Part shown: one piece after another, positions 1 to 14,600 of the stretch
Layout of the letters: the number at the start of each line of letters is the position of its first letter
Position numbering within the stretch: position 1 is the first letter of the stretch
NCBI GenBank assembly: GCA_051362555.1
Contig: CM120642.1
Span: 7,564,001-7,628,000 of the forward strand
DNA: 64,000 bases
Source: Lingula anatina
Taxonomy: Eukaryota; Animalia; Brachiopoda
Reading direction: 5' to 3'
Program-made: the position numbers and the translations under genes
Notes under the pieces: model-generated
Told to the model about the DNA's origin: nothing
Seen by the model: the letters and a program-made list of their open reading frames with translations, nothing else
Databases searched by the model: none

Positions 1-1682
1 TTTCACCTTATATCAGGGGCTCATAACTCTATGACGAAAACATTTACACCAAAATGTTGGCACAGGATTGAAGACCATACACTTGTCTTCACCTATGCCA
101 ATTTTATATTACTGGTGATCTATCTATCTATCTATCTTTTTTTGATGGATTTTAATTATATTTTGTCAGCACAAATGTAGATGCATTATTGAATAATAAC
201 AGAGAGGAAAAACCTCATTTTCAGTATCTGGATGATCATTCACCCTAACAGTATCCTGAAACATTAACTGAGGAAGTCTGCTTGTAAAAGCAATTATTAC
301 ACACAGTGTCCAGTGTTTAAATGATCAGTATCTTGATTCCTTAAGGAACAGGCTTTGTCCCATGACAACATTAACATACATAGTGTTCAGGATGTTACTC
401 ACACAAAGACCTGATGTGGTTTTGTCTTTGGCTTTTATTATTATTATTATTTAATCAATTGTTTATAGCAGTCACTACCCTCTGTAAGTGAATCTAAGAA
501 AGCAATTGTGTGACAGCACATTTTCGTGAATGAAGTCACTGCACATGCTAAGGAAAGGAAAGAGAGAAAAGTCTGATAGATATGGAGATTTTGTCTGAAT
601 CGAAGAGATATGTCCCTAAATCAGGAGAGTCCCAACAAGATCAGGAGTGTTGAGGGGTTTGGATTGTCAAAAGTTGATTGTATAACCACTGTAATACATA
701 GTCGTAACCCAATTGACTTCTCCTGGTGGGAAGTTTTCTTAGTGAGAACTGGTGCAGTGTTAGGCCACTGTAGATAAGACTTTATAATCCAAGGAGCATT
801 TACTAGGACTAGTAAACAGACAGATGCATCTATTCCTGTCAGTCTACATTGCATCACTAGAAAACCAAAGCAGTTCATGGGTTACCAGCTATCGCACCAT
901 CATTAAGTCAGTCTGAAATGGGTCTGAGAAGAGGACAGTCTAAAAAGATATACCACTGTGCCAAAGACTGCTTAATTACTAGTATGTCATTCATGCCTGT
1001 AGCCAGCAATTTCATTTTTTTTTTTTTGTGTGTGTGTGTGTGTGTGTGGGTGTGTGTGTGTGTGTGAAAAAGTGGACTTTTTAACTATAATGGCACAGGA
1101 AATTTTGACACAAAAGACACATTTTTCAAACCAAAATGACAGTGTATTATAACCCTTCCCGCCCCCCCCCCCCCCGCCCCCTTGCCTCCAGGCCCTAATT
1201 AATTGATATGTCTGACTGATACATGTATCTTAATACAGTATAGACCTTAATACAGTATAGAATCAGTCTGACTTCCTAGTTATGTCTGAATTGGCCTTTA
1301 TATATATATATATATATATAGGTTAGATCTAGGCTTATCAATAGAACAAGAATAATGCGGAACAGATGTTATTAAGTATGTATCTCCCATTGAATGGCCT
1401 TAGTGTATCAGTCGGGTTCAAATGATCTAGTATTCATCTGTGTCTGCGTGATTTGCCATGGAGGTTGTGTAAGTAACATCTTTATGTACTTTATTTGATT
1501 TGACAGAGGTGAAGTAATTTTATTTTTGTGTTGAATATGAGTTTGAGTGACATGTATAACAAAGGTAGTGACAAAATTTAATAATTGTGCTCCCAGGAAC
1601 CCAAACAAAACTCAGTTATGATTAATGGGTTATTGCATATTTACTGTGCCATGTCATAACCATATGATTTTGTTTGTTCCAG

Positions 1683-4600
1683 TTGAGCAAGCTGTAGAGG
1701 CTCTCTTCAATTTGTCCAGCACAACCTCCACCCCACCAAAAATAGCAGCAGCCTCTCCATTTAGGATGATAGCACAGTCCTTACAAAACTCAGAAGAAAG
1801 TCAAAAATCACAGCAATTGGAAAATTTCGAAGAGCAAAGCCTTCAGAACCACTGTAAACAAATAACTTCCGGGGATTTTTACCAAGATGACAGCTGGTCA
1901 ACCTCTGTGGTACCCTCAGAGGAGAGATCACATGGCAATTTAGACGAGTTGGATTCTTTTTTAAGCCCAGAGGGAGAGGTGTTGGCTTTTGACACATCGC
2001 CTGTGGGGATTAAGAGGGGACAGCAAATAGAATCTGATTTAGAAATGGACTGTATTGAAAGTGAGAAAAAACATTTACCATGTGGAGCACAACCAGGCTT
2101 GTCAAAAAATCTAGAATGTGTTGCAGGAACTAGGAAAAAAACTGAGGTCCAAGACCTTGAGTTTAAAAGAATTAAGGATAATGCAATGAGTGGCTCGTTT
2201 AATTGGGAGAAGGCCAAATTGGATTTTTATTCAAATAACATGCCAGGTAATGGTGGTGTTCAAAGAAGCAATTGTTCTGCTCATGTGCCTTCTTTCAAAA
2301 GACAAAATTCAAAAGATGATTCTTATTTGAATTTTCAAGAACCTGCTTTATCACGAATAAAAACTAATTACATTGATCATTACTTGTCTAATTATCCCCA
2401 AACTTTAGAGTCACTCGATTTGCACTGTACTTCTAAAGGCAGTCATGTGAATGGATATCATGCCAACGATGGAAACAATGACAGTTTGAGTCGTCTCCAC
2501 GAAATTACAAACTCCAGTGGCAATGCTGCAGTGTTAATGGCACCTAGTCATGAGGATCAGTGCTCTTTTAATTTGGAACAGCAGAATTTAATAAGAGGCC
2601 ATCATGAAGGGGATGTGACAGTTAAAGGGGGTTCAGATCTGCCATCATGTGATGTACATGCATTGAGCACAATGGGTGGATGCCACAAAGACAATGATGA
2701 AAGCAGACCAGGAATTCATAATGAGCAGGAGGGAGCTGCTAATAAATGTGAGGAAAGGTCAGAGTCAGGACAAGTAGCAGTTCCTGAAAGTGTGCCAACA
2801 GAACGGGATGTTTTTCATGATCCTCCAGCTGTTGGAAGGATACAGACTTTGTCATCTCTCTCCAAACAAGTGCTCAGTCACAGGGACCAGGTTGAGGGAC
2901 AGCAAATATTGTCTGATCACAGGGAACAGGGCAAAGTACTGCCAGCTCATTCAAATCAGCTGCTAGGAAAACAGGATTGTGGTCAAAGGGAACAAATAGG
3001 AAATAATAGCGTGTTTTCCCCATTTGCAAAGGAATTTGTGCCATCTGGTCAATGGACAAAACCAATTTTCCAGGCACAAAATTTTCCAGGATTTGGCAAT
3101 TCTGAAAACGTTGCTTTTCACGCAGGTTTTACTGTACCAAAATTCCAAATAAAAAGTGGAGAAGGTACTTTTCCACCAACCTCTCAACCTTCAAGAAATT
3201 GGGTCACTCCAAAAGGGGTCAGAGGTCGAGGTTTTTTCAAAGGTCAGGGTCAAGGACAAAATATGGACTCGAAAGTCACAAACTTTGCTGCAGTGGCAAG
3301 TAGGCCTGCAGCACCTGTACAAGTAAATAGAAAGAAATTCCATGAAAATGATCGCTCACCTTCCAGGCAACGCCCAGGTTATGCTGCGATTAGGAATACA
3401 ATTGCAGAGCATCTGAAGCAAGGCAAAAAAGTGCTGATTATATTGAGAGGTCTATCTGGGAGTGGAAAGTCGACATTGGCAAGGTAGGTAACACTGGGGA
3501 TTTTCAAGTTCGTAAGCAGAGTTTGTAAAAGTGTTGTTCAGGCAAGCAAGCCCTTTAGTTTGGTGGTGGGGAGATATGGGACTGGGAGGGCTGGCTTCTG
3601 GATCTTGCCACTGAAATTGCCCTGAAAAAATGCTAGATAGGTTTGTTTACTAGTAAGCATTTGAAGCCAAGGTTATGCCTTTCTTTAATTGGCAATCATC
3701 AGTTGCGAGATGGTTTTGACTGGTCAGATAATGTTCAGATATGGAAATATGAGGTTTGCTCAACCTAGTTAGTGTTACAGAATTTGTGCACCTGTCAGAA
3801 ATCTAAATGGTTGTACCCAAGTTTGTTTTTCAAGTTTGATAGGAATTTTATAAAGCAGAAAATTTTTTGGCACTTACTAGCCAACAATTTTATTTATCTA
3901 TTTATTTACTTATTTCATTTTATTTATTTATATTTTATAATATATTCAATACCAACCCAGACAGCACACTGGCTTCTTAAACTCCTTAATGTTTACATCA
4001 CCTGACAAGAAGTATTATCATGCCACAAATCTTCACAATTATAGACTCATAGTAATATCATATGTCATATAGATAAATCATTGATATAAATTATGTACAT
4101 CATGACAGTTTAAAGGTCAACAACAATATCTACATGGATGCATTTGAACTTTGGGCTTATACAAATATGGGACCTTATTTCTTATTTATATTAAAATAAC
4201 ATTGTATTTTATACTGATAACAGTGTTTTAAATTTTTCTTCCGACAATACAACTGATTTAACAAACTAATATTACTTTTAACCAGGAGAAATTCTGGTTG
4301 ATTCTTTTTCCTTTGTCATGTGAAAGAAGGAAGTATAGCTATTTCTTTTTGTTTCTCTTTCCTTTTTTACATAAGGGAGACATTCATGATAAAAAACCAA
4401 ATTATATTTATGAAAATGGCCAATTATGGTTTGAGAAATTTATAACAAGTATTTTCAGTTACAAAACTGTTAAAATAGTACCAGTAAATTGAAATAAAGC
4501 TTTATTTCAACAGTGAATGTTTTTATATTCATGGCTTGTTTTAAAAACAAAATTTTGCCAGTTAAAATGATAATGACCTACATTGTGTTGTTAAGTAGAT

Positions 4601-7600
4601 AAGGAAATAGGAAATAAAGACACCTGTTGTTAGCCAAGTGTCAGTACAGGCTGATGCAATATATCTGACACACAGTTTAAAGGCACTTAATATTCTGATA
4701 ACCACAACAATCTGATTCAACAATCTGATATATATACATATATATATTAAGTGCTAGTGTGTCTTTGATATTATGGATTCTTCAGTAAAAGCTGATACAG
4801 CAGCTATTTATTAGGGCATATTATGATACTGCATGTATGCATTAAATTGCCAATACAGCATACTCGTACTAGTAGGCATTAAATTTTGAGTAGTGATGCA
4901 GGACAAATCTGTAAACCTTTGAGTGACTTACCTTTGTGACTGACAACAGAGGGGGTTGGGGGTGTATCATGATGTCCTTGTTATCCTCCCCTCCCTGTGC
5001 AGAGAGACTGAAACCCCATTGTTCATCAGACCCTAAGATACCTGTCTGGAGAACAGTTTCACAAAATACCTCTAGGTCAGAACTGGTCTAAATTTTGGTT
5101 TACTACTACCTCATTTCATGATAAATTCATGGTAATCAACTTAAAAGGATTATATATATAATTATTAATTGCTGGTGTAAAACATTCCCCACATGTTTTT
5201 TTAAAGGAATCAGGCAAGTGTTTCATTTGATTGGAACACTTCTAATTGATCTTCTTTGAAAGTAGACTTAAACTTCTGTCTAAAAGATTAGATGTATTTT
5301 GGAGTAATAATTATCTTGTGACACAGACCCCTGTTATAACCTTGGAGAAGTGAATTCTTTTTAAAGCTTACCTTAAGCAAGTAGCACAAACAAACACACA
5401 AACATGCACTGAGCTCAAACGTATTATTACAAATGATGATATACAAAAATTACATGGTAAGTTTCAATTGTTTTTAACAGTGCTTTAATTAAAATGTTTC
5501 ACCTTCATATTTCAGAGAGATTTGCTTTGAAGGAAAAATTTTGTCTTCAGACGACTACTTCCTTAAAAATGGGGTGTATGATTTCAAGATTGAAGAGCTC
5601 GGAGAAGCCCATATCAAAAACAAACTGCTGGGTTAGTTAAGACCTTTTTCACACTGATCAGTTTACTAAAGCAATGCAGTCTATACACTGATCAGTATAC
5701 TAAAGCAATGCAGTCTATACACTGATCAGTATACTAAAGCAATGCAGTCTGTTCCAGTACATTAAGTTAGCACTCTTTGTGAAATGTTCCATATTTACTT
5801 GATCATTGCAATGGGCAAAAATTATCAAACTTTAAGGTGTAATTTTGCATAGTATAGAACAAAAGAGTAGCCTGCTTTTAAACTTTGTTGCTACCACTCA
5901 ATAGGAATGTTCTGATTTTAAGAAATTTTGACTAAAGTTTATAAATTCAGTATCTGAAAAATTCCAAATTTTCCCCCCATTGAAACAAGTAATTACCATA
6001 CCTAAAAGTGTTGTCACACAAGTAACTTAGCCCATAGCAAAATATTCTTTATTATAATGCATATTGGTGTCAAAATTTTTGTCAATTTTGCAAATAGAAT
6101 TTCTCGTTAATGAGAATGTATTGTATTGTATTTTACTGCGTAGTATTTCACTACTTTTCAAATACACCATTTGATGTAATTCATTACTAGTACGTACTTG
6201 ATATTACAAAAAATGTATTTGGATTTTTTTCCATTGGCTTTGTAGCAAAAGAAGCAATGGAAAAGGGACTCAACCCAGTGGTAATTGACAATACTAATTC
6301 AATGAGATGGGAGATGAAGGCTTATGTGGAATTGGTGAGTACATGGAAAGTGAAAATGTTTGCATAAGAAAATGGTTCATTTAAAATCTGTAAAATGGTG
6401 TTATTAATAAATGTTTGACCATGAAAAGGGGGGGGGGGGGGTCATGAGTCCAGTAGTGCATTGATCATTTATAATGAAAAATATACATACATATAAATAG
6501 AATGAAATATTACAGGTTTGAACAGTCTAGCTGGATTCTGTCCCATAACCAAGCAAATCATGTTTTGGGTTCAGCAATTCTCTGTGTGGTTCTAATACAT
6601 ACTTCAGATTGTGTGTAAAATCTCTAGATTTCAACAGCTTGAGCCTACAGTGCCCTCAGGGTTTTTGCCAGGTGTTAAGCAAGTTGAAAAAATTGATTTC
6701 CGTTGAGAAAGAAATTGGCTCCAAGAGTCATTGATCTGAAGTTTCTTTTTTTGCACCAAATCTTATTTTCCCCAAGAAAAGTAATTTTCCTACTCTTTTC
6801 ACATTTAATAAGTAAGAGCTATATGGATCCATGATACATGTTCATTACATTTTAGACTACCTTGCTTTACTGACATGTCTGAAGGAAATATCGCCAACAG
6901 GCACTTTTATTTAAAGGTAGTGTGCATCCATTAAAAAAGTCCCAAGAGTCATTTTTGATCTTGAAAATCTTCTAATATACAACTTACGTCAAGTAATTGT
7001 GAACTGACATGCTACACAAAATTTCAAGTGACTGTGTCTAAAATTGTCATGCAAAGATACTCAAGAGTTCTTTGACCCTGATCTCAACAAAAACCCCAGA
7101 ATGTATTCCCCTTTATATACTCTTAAGTTTTCATAAAATTCCAGCTATTTTTTTAAGTTATGAGCAGTTATGTAAAAAAAATGGTCTTGTCTCAGAATGT
7201 TAATGAAAAATATAAAATGGTGCAAAATCTGGATACAGACCCAGATAAAACCAGTTAACAAGTACTTTCCTCCATAGCCCATGTCAAATCATCCTACCTA
7301 AAATTAGGATGATCAATAAATAAAATATGGTCTGTAGCATGCAAAGAAGTAGACAAATCCACAAATAAACATACAAACAAGAGAATCAACATAACTTGTG
7401 AAAATATTTTTTCAATTAAGTTGATGAATAGCATTTGGGGGTAAACAAGATATTTAAACTTTTTTCAAAACCATATTTTCATTGGTCTAAATTGGACCAT
7501 AATTTTACACACCTTCAATCACCAATATTTATATTCTTCATGTTAAGTAATATGAGGATTTTCTACATTTAGTGTCTCCAGTCTGAAACAGACTCAGCAT

Positions 7601-7833
7601 TGCAAGCTTAATATGGTTTTCTGAATTTCAGAGGAACTTGTAATTAGAGAAATTTTGTTATAATAAATGCTGTTTCTGGATTTCCAACCATAAATTCAAC
7701 ATGTATTTTTAATGGCACAGACTAAACTGCTGAAATATTTATATTGCAGGCACAGAAATATGGGTATCATGTGGAGATCTTGGAACCCAACACGCCATGG
7801 AAGTTTAATGTGAAAGAATTAGCAAAGTAAGTA

Positions 7834-7879
<46 letters not shown>

Positions 7880-10800
7880 TGACTTGTCAAACCAGTGTTT
7901 TATTAACAGTAGCAGTAAATGATAAAAGTTATGAATAAGGAGTTGGATAGTTGAAGTATTTGAATTTAGTTAGTCATTACTGTGAGTTATGGCATCGTGA
8001 ATTGTTTTTTTCGTAGAGATATATGCACGCTGTATGTTATAATGTATGTCAAATTGTTTGTATCTCCACAAGTTCTGCTGTTCTTTAAACTTTGTATACA
8101 GTATGGACTCAATTGGTTAGAACAGCATTTATGAATTATTTTCTACTAAAATTTAAATTTGAATGTTATTAAAACTCAAAGTGCTAATTCAGAATATTAG
8201 CTGGTTTTGTACTGTGTCAAAAGGTATATTTGGTGTGTCTGCAAATGATAAAAATTGACAAAGAAACAGAGTTGCCTTTAATTTCTAATTTGTGGTTTTC
8301 TTTATTTGGAACCTTTCAATTTCCCCTGTGTAATGCAGTAGTACTATGCATTTATTTGTGTTCTACTGCATCATCTTCTATATCTCTGACTTACAGAAGA
8401 AACACTCATGGTGTCCCCAAGGAAAGAATTCAGAGTATGTTACAGAGATATGAAAAGAACGTAACAGTGGAGTCTATTTTGGGGTCAAAGATGCCAGCCA
8501 AGATAACAGGGTGAGTTGTATGGAACAGTGGCCAGAGGACTTTGTCATAAAAGATACTAGGGAAAGAAAGAAATGTTTAAGTATTGAAATACACCAAATG
8601 TCAATTTTCTGTGCATATGTCTTTTTAAAAGCTCAAAAGGTTGTTTTCAGTTATAATTTTGTCTTATTTGTAGATAATGGTGTGCTTTTAGCAAAAGGCT
8701 TAGCTTAATAGTTTTACACCAAATGGAGCAACTGTAATTTCCATTCCATTGATATGATTTTATTCTCTGCAAATTGTTATTGAGAATCCTTTACATTACA
8801 TGATTATATGTGCACATGAAATACTTCAATCATTTAAGCTGCAATGTTGATAATATATATATAATTCTAAGACCACACTGTAATCTTAATTCTGCATTTG
8901 TGAAAACTAAAAACTGTATTACACATCTGTACTAATTATTCAACCTTAATTTTCTTAACATAAAAACAGTGGAAGAATGTATCTGTCATATGACCTGGAT
9001 ATTAGTTGAAATTTTAATATAAAATGTCAAAAGTTAGAAGTTAATTGCATATTTGCCTTTGCAGGAAGCAACAGCAGTCTCCTAAAGCAAAGCCAGGCAA
9101 AGGTCATGGTCAGAGGCAAGGTCGAACCCGTGCAGCAGCCACAGGTTCTAAGGGCAACTCGACTGATACAGTAAAAACTACCAACCGGTCTGATAAGACA
9201 GCAGCAGCAGCTCAGGGAATAAACAAGGACAATGTTCCCCCAACAGAGTCAGGCAATAATGATCTTAAAATGCATGGGGATATATGTAGTATTGAAACTG
9301 ACACAGATCTGGAGTCTGTTATTAATGCTGAACTGAATGAGGCTGACCATGTCAGTTCACTTTCATCTCATGAAAGTTTAACCCTAGAAGCTCCAAGAAA
9401 AGAAGACCCAAACAAGCTTGTTTTAGGGGAACTACAGGCAACTCCAAATGACCCAGATTTGATGGTCCAACAGGCAGTTTCAAATGACCCATACAATACA
9501 TTACAAATCAAAACTCATGAATCAGATAAAACAGATCTCAGCGTGCAAGTGTTAGACGATAGAGATAGTTCTGTTGACTTAGATAAGGAGTTTGAAAGGT
9601 TTTTGGAGGCTGAATCTGCTGTAACAGATGAAAAAGTGAATTTAGACAAACGACTGGATCCTTCCAGTGCTACACTGGAGACGAATACTTCCACACAATC
9701 AGATAGTGCTGGCACTTGTATAACAACTACTACATATACTACTACTAACTCAGCTATAGAAGCTGCCTACTGGTCAACACCAACATCAAAAGAACAGTCC
9801 CCCTGTGAAGCTCCAGCACCTGACCCGCTATCTACAGGCCCTGGTACCAGCCAGGACCACAGCACAGTAAACTGGCACATGCCAAAGACTAGGAGAGAAA
9901 AACTGGAAGAACAGAAGAACATGAGACAGCTGCAACAAAAAAGTTCAGAAGTTGATGTGAGTAGTAATTCCCAGTCCCAGAATACTGTGGTACCATCAAG
10001 TGACAAAGAGTTGGAGATTCAGACCAGAGTGACCAATGGTGTCCAGTCAGAGGGCAGTTCAGTCGGCTCCACACCGTCCAGTCCAAGGTCCCAGAAACCC
10101 AAACGGATGCCCAGCAAGAAGAGGCTTGCTGCCAGATTGAATGCACCCAAGCTTGACTCGAACACCAAGCAACAACTTCTTCAGGGGCACTGGGTCCTTC
10201 CCAGCTTCGATACTTCCCAGATCCCCACTGATACACAGTTACCTGGTTTACAGAAACTTCAGCTGTCCCCAGACGCACTACAGCCTGGAGACACAAAACA
10301 ACTAGATATGTTGAGTGCAGGCTCTCAGACCACTGCCCAGGACAAGGCCCTTCTGCAGAGGGTTAATTCAAACTTGGCCATTGGTCAAGAAATGGACGGT
10401 GTCCACATTATACGTGGAACTGCCAGAGTGATAGCTGTGTCAGACAGTGACTCTGGTAGTATGGACTCCAGAGAGAGCACACTTAGCAGGCAGTTACGAC
10501 TTATGCTGGATAAAAGCAGCATGACGGAAGACGAAGAGGTGCCAGTGGCTGAGAGAGATGAGAAATCAAATCTGGCAAAGCTTCAGGTCTTATTTCCTAC
10601 TGTTCCAGTGGAAGATTTGAGAGATTTGTTGGAGAAATGTGAACAGAATTTAGGCTGGGCGGTTAATATTTTACTGGACTCAAACAGGGAGTCCATAACT
10701 CTAACCCCCAAGGTCAACCCTGTTCCAACTCCCCCAGGGTTACCTAAACCACTCTCACTTGCTGAAATGTGCAGTGGATATTTAGACAAGAGAGCTGCTT

Positions 10801-11594
10801 TGAGTCAAGCCTCTGCTTGTGATGACTCCCCAGCAGAGGGGGTTGCTCTACAAACAAAAAGAGAAACCAACACCAAGGTTATAGGAGGTAGTTTTTCAAG
10901 CAGAGGGGCTCTTTCACTATCACAAGACAGGCTTGGCGAAGGATTTCCTCCTCTTGGTTCAAATTATGAAGAAGATTTTATCAGAGAGACATCTGTTTGT
11001 GACAACAGTGACAATAGTGATAGTGAGAGTGAAGAAAGTTTGGTAGATGAGGAAGACAGTGGACTGATCCTGAAACTGCCAAAATCTTTTGCTAGGAAAC
11101 TGGAAGAAATGTTTGGAGTAGTAGGGGAGAAAATTGCAGGTAGGCTTAAAGAATGCATTTGACACAGTTAAATCTGAATCCTTCTTTTAGAGAACTAAAT
11201 GAATCAAAGTTGAACCCAGGGATGTAAATGAAGTTGTTTTAGTCTGACTTTTCAAGTCTTTTTAGGGGTGTGGGCAAACTTTTTAACTTTTCTGGTCAAA
11301 TATACAATTTCACTCCATTTTTCCCAGACATGGCATTTTTAGGTCTAAATTTAAGATATATACACAAAACATTCCATCTTAGGTTTGATAATTATTTCCT
11401 AACCATCAAATTTATTTTATTTTATTTATTCCTCCAGACACTCCAGCAGACTTAAAGGTGAGCCTCAGCTATGAGGTTGCCAAGAGTTTACATGACTGCT
11501 GGCTGAAGACACTGCAGAGAGCCATGTGGAATGAGACACAAGACATTGCACAAATGGAGAAAGAAGGTGAGCTCACATAATTACCTGATTTGTT

Positions 11595-11647
<53 letters not shown>

Positions 11648-14600
11648 ATGTTTGTGCAAGGAAGGTAGCTAGTAGCAGAAGTGATTGTGATCCCCCTTGT
11701 TTGTTATCTTTTTACATTCAACATTCTGATCACAAAGAAGGCTTCTATCAAATGTTTCAACTGCTCTACTATCCTTTTTATTTGTGATATTTTTTATTTT
11801 AAATTTATTTGCTTATTGCAAAGGAGAATGCAAGATGAATAGAACTACGCGTGTAACTTTTTTCAATTTTTTTTTTTTTTACAGATGAAGAATTAGCAAG
11901 ACAATTGCAAGAGGCTGAAAACTCCAGATACAGCGGGGTACATCCAAATGTAGACTGGTTCTCCTTCCCAATAGATGGCAGTTCAGTCAAAGACAGGCTA
12001 CTGAAAGGTGATTCTGACAGCATGGATGGGTCACAGAAGAAGAAAAAGCCGCGAAAGTCCCAGGCCCAGAGGAGAAAGCTGAAGGCCAAAGCCCTGCCTG
12101 TACAGCTGAGGGAAATAATGGACCAGCAGAAGGCACTGCAGGTTGAAAGAAATGTAAGGAATACTTATAGTCATTTGTATGGCCTGTTACCAGTGTATTT
12201 TTTATGAAGCAGCTTTCATTATATATATAGATAAGTTTTCACTGCCATTATAATTTTCTTTGATTGGCAAATATTTAACCTGGTAATATATTCCAAAGAT
12301 GTAATTGCAACTTCTGTCTTTAATGAAAAAAGTTTTTCATGGTATCTTGATAGTATGATATTCTTGGCTTAGAGATTACTAAAGAACTGAAGTCATTCAC
12401 AACATTTTTATCCACCTCCTGTGGACTTTGATCAAATGAATGGGGCACCTATTTCTACAGACGATGGGTTGAAATGCTGTATATAAGTCTTGTTATTTAG
12501 TCAAGATTAACTGTTTTATCAACTTCTCTTTTATTACTTTCACTTTATGACAGTATCACTTGATCAGTTAATAACATTTTCCAAATGATGTGTTATGTTT
12601 AAGCTTCATTTTGAAGATTATTCTCTATGATAACACAATTATTTGATTGCATCTAGTAATTATCTCCATTTTTTCTCATCTTTCAGCTCCATTTAGCAGA
12701 GAACAGTTCAGATAATAGTATAGCTACAAGGATCAAGCGTCAGCAGTTAGCTGAGATGTTCCCAAATATAGATGAGAAACCACTAGATGAGCTGTTTGCT
12801 GCTAAAAAGTAAGGAAAGACCCCATCCATGGCCTAGCTTCAGGAAAGAACTGTAGAACACAAGTTGGTCTTAACTTTTAGACCAGTTTTCTTAGTCTGCT
12901 TGGATCCAAAGTGGATGTATGTTTCTCTACTTGGTGGACCTGTTTTATCAAAAAAAAAAAAGATAAGGCTAATGATATAGACCAGTGGTTACTTGATTTT
13001 GGTTGACTTTGAACTATTATAAAATATGGAGATTAGTAATAAATGTTTTCATTAAAAAGTTACAGGTTACCATCATACAAACTGTAGATAACTTAGATCG
13101 AAATGAGCACTGGTTGATATTGTGTTCTTTTCATACTCTCCACTTGCCCTCTGAAACTTCCAGTCCCCAAATATCCTGTTATCACAGAAAATTAAGCAGA
13201 AGTGAGGCGATCGTGGAAAATAATGTATTCTTAGGTTTTGTGCCAAATATCAAAATTGTCATCTTTATGATACTCTTGTAAGAAATCTGCAGAGTGTAGT
13301 TTAAGGATATCTTTATGCAAGGGAAATTAAATCTAATACTGGACTTACAAAATGATAAACTTATAATCAAACATTGAGATCTTGACCACCAATATACTTT
13401 TGCCCTCTATGTGACACACTATCGGATGAACCAGAGCAATTCTTATGGCTTATTGAAGTCACATTTTCATCTTCACGTCATTTAGCACATTATTCAATTA
13501 ATTGAACACTTGTGAATTGCAACAGTTTCTGCATTTTTGTTTTTGTAATCTCCCAATTTGTTCCCTTTCTTTCAAATTCATAATTTAAAAAAATTGTTTT
13601 AAGAAGGAAAAAAATTCATCAAGTCACTAGTGCATTCATTTATTCATTAGCTCATGTATTTAGATATAAAGTGGTCTATGGTCTTAACCAAAACCTCCCC
13701 TTGTGACCAACCAGTTTCTTGTCCTTTCAGCTATGAGCTGGGGCCAACCATAGAAGTAGTGAAAGAAGTCCAGGGGAGAACTGCGCCCCCTAGGGACGTG
13801 ATGGCACCAGAAGCTTTGGCAGAGTATGAGAGATTGCTTATAGAGAGAGCTCAGCAGGAAAGTCTAGAAGACCAGGTTAGCCTCCTTTAATTGTTATGGT
13901 TTGTTGTTGAATATGCCACACATGTACACACGTGTGCGCTCTTACACTCATGCATGCATGCATACATACACACATTAGTTATTTGTAATTTCGTATTGAA
14001 TGTTTTTATTATGCAAACTTATGCTTAAAATGTACCAGTGAAAAAAGTTTGTCATTGCTGCATAGAATGGTTGTCATGAAAAAAAAGCAACAGAACTGAA
14101 AAGACTTTTTCAAAACAAAATAAAATCTCCAATTAGTATCCAATATGGTATGAAGGCAGTTACGTAAATTATTGTTTGAAATTCAACCCCATGCTCAATT
14201 TCCCATTAATTTCAGCGTCAATTGGCCTCTAAGCACACAGAGGACTACCAGGACTATGAAACCCCGGAATACCAAGACTTCAGGGCAGAGGCAGACATGC
14301 ACTATGCCCTAAGACAAGAGTGCTTTCAGAAAGCCCAAGAGGCCCACAGAAGGGGCATGCAGCAAGTGGCTGTGTATTATTCTCAGCAGGTATGAATGAG
14401 AGGCCCAGTTGGGGGTCAGTCTGCATGTAGATGGATATTTATGGGAGCAGGGACTTGTTTCACACAAAAAACTTTAGCAGAGAAATTGGTTTAAACTTAA
14501 TCAACATTTATTTATTCTGCTTCATGAGAATTTTACAGTAGTCCATTTAGATGAGGGAAGTATTGGTCTGAAGCATAAGTCACCTTTTTTTATTTATTTA

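Noticed and set aside
6700-7400. Degenerate DINE-like repeat (recurring CCAAGAGTCAT, CAAA-rich end)
   Set aside because: Too decayed to define boundaries or family by eye.
1761-11165. Minus-strand ORFs overlapping the large N4BP2 exons, and other short ORFs in introns
   Set aside because: Antisense shadows or microsatellite-derived frames with no motifs or splice support.
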